Shown one piece after another: positions 25,706 to 31,364 of a DNA stretch of 31,364 bases. The notes under the pieces are model-generated. The model did no database searches, was not told the origin of the DNA, and saw only the letters and a program-made list of their open reading frames with translations. Positions within the stretch are counted from its first letter, which is position 1. Every line of letters starts with the position of its first letter. Both the position numbers and the translations under genes were made by a program. The DNA lies in contig JAAXVZ010000001.1 of NCBI GenBank assembly GCA_013335235.1, positions 1-31,364 of the forward strand. Reading direction: 5' to 3'. Source of the stretch: Nanobdellota archaeon (GTDB lineage Archaea; Nanobdellota; Nanobdellia; Woesearchaeales; GW2011-AR15).

Positions 25706-26542
25706 CTAATTGAAATTAAGGATACCGGTCCTATTGTCAAAAAACGAAAATCCCCTTGCCAAGCGCATTTCTTCTCTGGGATAATACCATGTTGTGTCAT
25801 CCTTTATATTGTCTAGCTCATTATAGACAACAGTCCTGAACATGTCTCTTCTGCCTTCCCGATAGATTGCGATATTGTCCATCCGACCGGAAAAATCTCT
25901 GAGATTCTTGCGCATCTCTCCATATTTTCTTGTGAGAGAATATTTGATTTGCAGCCCTTCTCTTTCCAGCGTTGCGGTAAAGCTTGTTGATTGGTCAAAT
26001 TCAGTCGTTCCTGCAGCAAGGGTAGGTGACAGGTCTAGTTTACATCCTAATCTGGATGCGGTATCATGAAGGTATGATCTGAACTCGTCAATCCGCTCTG
26101 TCGTCGCAGTCATTACAGGGTTATAAGAAAGCAAGGCGTCAATCTCATTGAACCCTGTTTTTGCATCATTTTCATAAGCAAGTATAGCTCCAGTAGGTTT
26201 GCCAGAGGCAGTATAGAATACTACTTTTCCCATGATCATTTTGCCGCAGCTTAGGATGGAGATGTGGTCTGTTAATAGGTCTCCATTTTGTCTAGACTGG
26301 TCGGGATTGACTGGGTTATGGGGCCTTTCTAGTACAAATTCTATGCCTAAATCTCCTTTTTCTAGTTTTGCAGTGTACCTTATAGCATTGGGGTCTTGTT
26401 TGCTTACAGATTCTGACACAGACAGGCTGCTGCCAATTATTTGGTTTGCAGTCTCTAAATACTCTCTCAGTTGTTGGAGTTTTGGCTCCTCAGACGTTAA
26501 TCCAATTGGTGAGTAAGCAAGCAGTACATCAAACGCATTCAT
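25706..26542 (-). CDS. Hypothetical protein with two copies of a ~125-aa module
   Basis: I prefer ATG 26542 (MNAFDVLLAYSP...) with a TATA-like box about 26 nt upstream. The internal repeat is described in the findings. Confidence 0.55.
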   Translation of the reverse strand: MNAFDVLLAYSPIGLTSEEPKLQQLREYLETANQIIGSSLSVSESVSKQDPNAIRYTAKLEKGDLGIEFVLERPHNPVNPDQSRQNGDLLTDHISILSCGKMIMGKVVFYTASGKPTGAILAYENDAKTGFNEIDALLSYNPVMTATTERIDEFRSYLHDTASRLGCKLDLSPTLAAGTTEFDQSTSFTATLEREGLQIKYSLTRKYGEMRKNLRDFSGRMDNIAIYREGRRDMFRTVVYNELDNIKDDTTWYYPREEMRLARGFSFFDNRTGILNFN

Positions 26543-26561
26543 AAAACACAAGTTTATCTTA

Positions 26562-26574
26562 CTTTATATAAAAC
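26562..26574 (-). promoter_or_regulatory. TATA-like box (gttttatataaag on the minus strand) for the duplicated-module gene
   Basis: Centred about 26 nt upstream of ATG 26542. Confidence 0.4.
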
Positions 26575-26791
26575 TTTTTATATTTTAACTACTTATTGAT
26601 AGTTACAAATAGAAGTTATGGCACGCGTGGTCAGCGATACTTATATAGTCTGGATTTTTAGTCATGTTAAGTGTTTTAATAGATAAAGGTTGCCTGCCGA
26701 AAGAGTGGACGCATAAGTTTTATTGGGCACAGCCCAGTGTTAAATTTAGAGCCCCTTTTTCCGGCAAGCATCATCTTGGCAGGATAGAAGA

Positions 26792-26799
26792 TTTATAAA
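26792..26799 (+). promoter_or_regulatory. TATA-like box (tttataaa) for the RIO kinase cluster
   Basis: Centred about 27 nt upstream of ATG 26823. Confidence 0.45.
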
Positions 26800-26822
26800 G
26801 CTTTTCATATAGCATAAGGAAT

Positions 26823-27545
26823 ATGACTAATCAGGCAGCAGAGCGGTTCAAGATATACAAGAATGTTTTTGACGAGTTCACTCTGCAGACATTGTTCAAG
26901 CTCTCAAGCGAGGATCATTTTGACGAGCTTTTAAGCCCTATAATGATTGGAAAGGAAGCAAACATCTTCTTGGCAGAGACAAAAGACCATAGTTATGTGA
27001 TTGTGAAGATATACAGGCTTGCGTCGTGCAACTTCAACAAGATGTATTCCTACATCCGGTCTGACCCAAGGTTCATGTCATTAAAGAACCGGAAGCGCCT
27101 GGTGATCTTCAGGTGGGTCCAGAGGGAGTACAGGAACCTGCTCTTAGCAAGGGAGAGGTTGAATGTCCCGACACCGATAGCGTTCTCAAACAATGTCCTT
27201 GTGATGGAATCCATTGGAGATGATAGGCCTGCTCCACAGCTGAAAGATCAGACTCCAAAGGATATCAAAGGTTTTGCGTCAAATATACTAAAACAGGTTG
27301 AAGATTTGGCAGAATTAGGTCTTGTCCATGGAGACTTGTCGGAATTCAACATACTGAATCAGAACGAGAAGCCCTATTTTATTGACTTTTCGCAAGGCAC
27401 TAGCACACAGGACCCGAATGCAGAAGAATACCTTAAAAGAGACCTTGAAAACCTTGCAAGATTCTTCAGGAAGCACAAGTTCGAGCTGGACGCAAACGCG
27501 CATTTCGAGAAAATATGGAAACAAATAAAAAGAGGGAGACACTAA
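26823..27545 (+). CDS. RIO1-type atypical serine protein kinase
   Basis: 240 aa with no N-terminal wHTH, hence RIO1-like. GKEANIF is the ATP loop, VVKIY holds the Lys, and LVHGDLSEFNIL and IDFSQ are the catalytic and metal loops. Confidence 0.85.
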   Translation: MTNQAAERFKIYKNVFDEFTLQTLFKLSSEDHFDELLSPIMIGKEANIFLAETKDHSYVIVKIYRLASCNFNKMYSYIRSDPRFMSLKNRKRLVIFRWVQREYRNLLLARERLNVPTPIAFSNNVLVMESIGDDRPAPQLKDQTPKDIKGFASNILKQVEDLAELGLVHGDLSEFNILNQNEKPYFIDFSQGTSTQDPNAEEYLKRDLENLARFFRKHKFELDANAHFEKIWKQIKRGRH

Positions 27546-27567
27546 ACCCCTTATAGGTGATCATAAC

Positions 27568-27810
27568 ATGGCTGAAGAAAAAACATCAAAAGACGAACAG
27601 GTCGGATTTCATAAAGGCGCATTATCAACATTAGCAAAAGAGAGACAGGAAATGATGAAGCTGATCGCGATAGTCGAGCAGCTCATGCAGATGCATGTCA
27701 AGGCATTATCTGAACTTGGCGTAGACCTGCAGAAGATGGCTGACGAGGCTGCAAAAGAAGGCAAGAAGCCGATTGAAGATGTTGTAGAGAAGGAGAGCAG
27801 GAGAAAGTAG
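27568..27810 (+). CDS. Small charged helical protein (80 aa), function unknown
   Basis: An AGGTGA SD lies 7 nt upstream of the ATG. The sequence is helix-prone and Lys/Glu-rich. Confidence 0.45.
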   Translation: MAEEKTSKDEQVGFHKGALSTLAKERQEMMKLIAIVEQLMQMHVKALSELGVDLQKMADEAAKEGKKPIEDVVEKESRRK

Positions 27811-27828
27811 CTCTTTTTTTATCTCATT

Positions 27829-28218
27829 ATGATTTTTACCGTAACTGGGCATCCCAATGTCTTATGCACGCATAAGAATACTATCGAATTCACAAAAGAC
27901 CAGGAATTGTCTAAGAAAGGGGATTGCATATTTGGCGTCGGAGCCACATTCCAGTCAAAAGAGCTTCGTCTGCTATCTTCAGAGCCAGGGCAGCTAAGGC
28001 TTACGCTCGTATTAGGAGATCTGAAGGATGAATTTACCTTCTTACCCAACCAAAATTTCACAGATGAGCATGAGCTGGTGATAAGGAGGTCTGAGCATGA
28101 CACGTCACGCACCTTCGGTTTTCGGGCCACAAAAACCGCCAAGGATATTAACAGGCAGCTTGTCGAAAAGATGAAAGACAGCAGTGCCAAGGCAACAGTA
28201 ATCATTGAACGAATATGA
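27829..28218 (+). CDS. DUF371 domain protein
   Basis: VTGHPNVLCTHKNTIEFTKDQELSKKGDCIFGV matches the conserved DUF371 N-terminal pattern. Confidence 0.65.
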   Translation: MIFTVTGHPNVLCTHKNTIEFTKDQELSKKGDCIFGVGATFQSKELRLLSSEPGQLRLTLVLGDLKDEFTFLPNQNFTDEHELVIRRSEHDTSRTFGFRATKTAKDINRQLVEKMKDSSAKATVIIERI

Positions 28219-28664
28219 AAAAAACACTATCAAATAAGGAAACAAAGGAGATCTCAGGTGAACTTGCATCTTATCAAATCATACTCTCAAAAAAGGACAA
28301 GTTAGAAGTAGAGGACGGCATATTACTGATAAATAATGTCCCTGTCTGCTTCCTGCATGAAGGTAAGCCCATACCAACACTTAAGACACAGATCAAGTCA
28401 GCTGTGCTGAAAAAAGTAGAGGTAGATATGGGTGCAATCAGGTTTGTCACATCTGGGGCGGATGTCATGAGGCCTGGCATTGTGAAGATAGACGAAGGCA
28501 TATCTAACGGCGAACCAATAGCGGTAGTCGATATGACACACAAAAAGCCTCTGGCTATCGGAATTGCGCTTTTTTCTTCAGAGGAAATGCAGGGAATGAG
28601 CACAGGCAAGGTGATACACAATCTGCATTATATAGGAGACAGGATCTGGAATTACATAGGTTAA
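28215..28664 (+). CDS. PUA domain RNA-binding protein
   Basis: The C-terminal PUA pattern is GAIRFVTSGADVMRPGIV...GEPIAVVD...KPLAIGIAL. The ATG overlaps the DUF371 stop (ATGA at 28215-28218). Confidence 0.7.
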   Translation: MKKTLSNKETKEISGELASYQIILSKKDKLEVEDGILLINNVPVCFLHEGKPIPTLKTQIKSAVLKKVEVDMGAIRFVTSGADVMRPGIVKIDEGISNGEPIAVVDMTHKKPLAIGIALFSSEEMQGMSTGKVIHNLHYIGDRIWNYIG

Positions 28665-28693
28665 TATTCTTTTAATTAAGGAAATTAACAACC

Positions 28694-28704
28694 TTTAATA
28701 ATAA
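28694..28704 (+). promoter_or_regulatory. TATA-like box (tttaataataa) for the 522-aa orphan
   Basis: Centred about 25 nt upstream of ATG 28724. Confidence 0.4.
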
Positions 28705-28723
28705 GGTCTTTTGCTCTGCACAT

Positions 28724-30292
28724 ATGTCCGGTAGCGATAGGAATACGTTTCAGATTCTGTCCAGTGATGTCTCTGGTTTGGTCTCACAGGCAAGATACCA
28801 GCTGGAAGAGCTTCTTGCAGAAGAAAGGACAATCAGTCACCAGGCCAAGTTCAAGAACCGCCAATACCATGTGCTTGCAGATATGCTGCAAAAAGACGCT
28901 AACAAGGCGATATTCAGGAAGCCGGCACAGCTCAATGTCCCATTCCTTGCAGGCTTGCTTAGCTGCACTTCTAAGATATTCAATGGTTCAAAAAGGGATG
29001 TGCAGGCAAATGGCGTAGAGCTTTACACTACTTCGCACAGCCATACTGTCTCAAGATTCTTGGCAAGGCTCGGAAGCCCTGAGTGGAGCGTCTATCTAGG
29101 CACATGGCACGATAATTTTGAACAGGTGATGGACACAATATCGGAGAGTGACTATGCTTATTCGCTGAGAGATTTAGAAAAAATATCTGACGATGCGCTT
29201 AGGGAAAGGATAAAGCACCTTGACAGGGAATTTCCGAGAGCGATATCGACTCCAGAGAAGAGGATCGACAAGGAGGTTACAGCAAGATTATTTGAGGACG
29301 ATTACAAAGGCCTTAGGAATAGGGTCCTCTCTGTCCTGGCTCAGGACCTTAGGCAGATAAGGCGGCGCGCAGGGGTGCCGGCAGTAGATGCATATGCACT
29401 GCTTCTTTCTTTGGATGCTGTCACAAGGACGCCTGATGATGATTATGGTGTAGCCATAAATAATATAAGAGATATCAATACTTATGCAAGGCATTTCACC
29501 TTGATTAAACCACAGTCTTTTCTCAGTAACCCAACAGAACTAAGGCATTTTTATGAGAGAGTGAGGCTATCTGCAGAAGAAGTGAAGCTTGCAGATGGCA
29601 CGCATAATTCTGTGACGCAGGAGCAGGCAATCCTCCCTGATGTGGCATATGAGCCTATGTCTCCTTCACAGGCTTCTGGGCTTGATGACAGGAGCAAGGG
29701 CCTTCAGAAAAGACTATATGTGGTGGATTTTGCAAAGGAGCTTCTGCTTTACGAATCCAAATTCTCAAGCGAACTCTCTGGGCTATACTGGGGGGTATAT
29801 ATGCAGCATCTGCTTTTGTCTTCCCTCTCTGCTGAAGACAGCATGAGGCAGGCCAAAGAGATAAGGAATGTCTATGGTGACAAGATCCTGGAGGATCCCC
29901 ACATAAAAGAGGTCTTTGGAATCAGAGGAGGAACAAAAGCCACATATGGAGAGATTTTCGATAGGATAGAGAATATTGTCCTGGCATATGAGTCTTACGG
30001 GCTTTTGTCAAAAGTCACGACACCTTATGACCCTGAAGAAGTTGCGTTTGCTAAGGAGCATCACATTCCGGTTGGAGGGATGGTCAACAGGATAATAGCA
30101 TATTCCGATAGGAAGACAATCACCACGTTATATGACGGGTTCCAACAGCCAATGGGTGTATTCACCTGTTTTAGGGATATGATTGCATTCAATAGACTCT
30201 TCAATAGCTATCTTGGCATAGCAGCCGATGGCAGTTTCGATTCTGGATTGAAAGAGTTTCAGATACAGGGATTGGGAAAGCCAATCCGTTAA
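28724..30292 (+). CDS. Large hypothetical protein (522 aa), soluble and probably mostly helical
   Basis: A long clean ORF with a promoter-like box. It has no TM segment, signal peptide, Walker motif or other catalytic signature that I can recognise. Confidence 0.6.
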   Translation: MSGSDRNTFQILSSDVSGLVSQARYQLEELLAEERTISHQAKFKNRQYHVLADMLQKDANKAIFRKPAQLNVPFLAGLLSCTSKIFNGSKRDVQANGVELYTTSHSHTVSRFLARLGSPEWSVYLGTWHDNFEQVMDTISESDYAYSLRDLEKISDDALRERIKHLDREFPRAISTPEKRIDKEVTARLFEDDYKGLRNRVLSVLAQDLRQIRRRAGVPAVDAYALLLSLDAVTRTPDDDYGVAINNIRDINTYARHFTLIKPQSFLSNPTELRHFYERVRLSAEEVKLADGTHNSVTQEQAILPDVAYEPMSPSQASGLDDRSKGLQKRLYVVDFAKELLLYESKFSSELSGLYWGVYMQHLLLSSLSAEDSMRQAKEIRNVYGDKILEDPHIKEVFGIRGGTKATYGEIFDRIENIVLAYESYGLLSKVTTPYDPEEVAFAKEHHIPVGGMVNRIIAYSDRKTITTLYDGFQQPMGVFTCFRDMIAFNRLFNSYLGIAADGSFDSGLKEFQIQGLGKPIR

Positions 30293-30425
30293 TCTTAAAT
30301 ATAATTAAAACATCAATGATGCTATGCAATCCCTTGCACACTATAATCTGCTAGATTGTTATATTCTTATTTAGTTGCTTTCCTGCACCCCTTTTTCGGA
30401 TGTGGATGCAGGCGATGGAATCAAA

Positions 30426-31364
30426 ATGGCAATAGAAGAAGTCTTCGGCGGGAAACAAGAGCACATGGTCTCTCTGGCAGATTTCACAAGATCCCTCTTT
30501 GTTCAGGATAAGGAAACAAGGGAAATGCGTATCCCTGAACTCTCTACTGAATTAAGCGACCTAGCTATTGATTTCACAGCAAGGCGAAAAGAGGAAGGCG
30601 CATTGCGCAATAGTATCCTTGGCAGGGAAATAAGGAGATTCTACATGGTGAGGCAAAAGGACACCCAAGACATGTGGACATCTAAATATATAGAAACAGA
30701 GGCGGATTTCCTGAGATTCCTGGTAACAGACCTTTTGCAATCAGGCACAAACCTTCTTGATCCAGACGCACTGATATATTCAAGGGGTGTGCCATACAGC
30801 GCAGGATATGTACTGACACGGTTTGCTGCTAAGCTTAATCAGGCAAAGGACCCATATCTCAAGGCATGTAGCGATATCCCCTATCATATGCTTGCCCATT
30901 TGCGTGGTAATGCAAAAAAGAGCCCAGACAAGGAATCCCAGGATATGGTGATAGCTATAATCGAAAGGACAAAGCATTCCCAGAGCGAGAATAAGAAACA
31001 GGCAATCCGGTGGGCGAACGATAACTATTTCCTGCTAAAGCTGAATCCATATTTCACCTATCTGCAGTTACTTGAATCCGCGATAGCTAGCGACCTGCCT
31101 CAGCCCGAGTTCCCAAGCAGGCTGAGAGATATAGCGAAGATAGCTGATGAATTAAGAAGAGAGGAACCAAATGAGGGAAGAAGATTTGAAAACAGGCTGG
31201 ATGAGCTGAGGAGCAGATGGTATTATGGCGTTGGTGACAGCAACGGAGCCTCCATAATTAAATCCAGAGAATTAATCAAGAATGGGAAAGAGTATGAAGA
31301 TATCGAAGTGCTGAAGGATTTTTTCAGATCGCACGAGATATTTGAGCTTGTTCCAGGCAGCTTT
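30426..31364 (+). CDS. Hypothetical protein, N-terminal 313 codons; open to the window end
   Basis: Absent from the track because it has no stop in the window. My translation from ATG 30426 gives MAIEEVFGGKQEHMVSLADFTRSLFVQDKETREM...WYYGVGDSNGASIIKSRELIKNGKEYEDIEVLKDFFRSHEIFELVPGSF with no in-frame stop. In-frame TTG 30375 or GTG 30402 are alternative starts. Confidence 0.5.
   Translation, partial: MAIEEVFGGKQEHMVSLADFTRSLFVQDKETREMRIPELSTELSDLAIDFTARRKEEGALRNSILGREIRRFYMVRQKDTQDMWTSKYIETEADFLRFLVTDLLQSGTNLLDPDALIYSRGVPYSAGYVLTRFAAKLNQAKDPYLKACSDIPYHMLAHLRGNAKKSPDKESQDMVIAIIERTKHSQSENKKQAIRWANDNYFLLKLNPYFTYLQLLESAIASDLPQPEFPSRLRDIAKIADELRREEPNEGRRFENRLDELRSRWYYGVGDSNGASIIKSRELIKNGKEYEDIEVLKDFFRSHEIFELVPGSF

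Noticed and set aside
1-31364. A scan for CRISPR arrays, tandem or long inverted repeats, rRNA/tRNA genes, transposases, integrases, reverse transcriptases and toxin-antitoxin pairs.
   Set aside because: I saw none by eye in the coding regions or spacers. A computational repeat, tRNA and Rfam scan would be needed to exclude small elements.

Overview
This is a gene-dense window of about 36 protein genes. I found no rRNA, tRNA, CRISPR array, transposase or integrase. The gene content looks archaeal: two-ring CDC48/VAT ATPase, RIO kinase, Fap7-type kinase, DUF371+PUA pair, PRC-barrel protein, archaeal-type GlmU. Many first genes have A/T-rich TATA-like boxes about 25 nt upstream of the start codon, which suggests leaderless mRNAs. 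Internal genes use GGTGA/GGAGGT Shine-Dalgarno sites or ATGA stop/start overlaps. The lineage cannot be fixed from the sequence alone; a small-genome uncultivated archaeon is my guess.

Main blocks:
- 1-4533 (-): UDP-GlcNAc operon glmM, IMPase/FBPase, glmU-like, glmS (partial).
- 4698-6103 (+): GNAT acetyltransferase translationally coupled to a wHTH regulator.
- 6186-9955 (+): four-subunit group-3b (sulfhydrogenase-type) [NiFe]-hydrogenase, with a convergent, overlapping hypA.
- 10306-17085: housekeeping genes (maf, PRC barrel, aldo-keto reductase, Fap7-like kinase, PD40 propeller, FmdB zinc ribbon, M18 aminopeptidase, Endo IV-like, SRPBCC).
- 17248-20850 (+): translationally coupled oxidative pentose-phosphate operon zwf-pgl-(DUF3592-like membrane protein)-gnd.
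- 20872-22248: a lower-GC radical SAM gene and a convergent orphan.
- 22336-24978 (-): CDC48 with a ~120-aa insertion in D1.
- 25127-26542 (-): two orphans, one SecB-like in layout and one internally duplicated.
- 26823-28664 (+): RIO1 / small helical protein / DUF371 / PUA cluster.
- 28724 to the window end (+): two large orphan proteins with no motif I recognise.

The best candidates for something undescribed are the orphan pair at 28.7-31.4 kb, the 25.1-26.8 kb orphan locus with its long spacer, and the membrane protein embedded in the pentose-phosphate operon. None of these can be given a function from the sequence alone.
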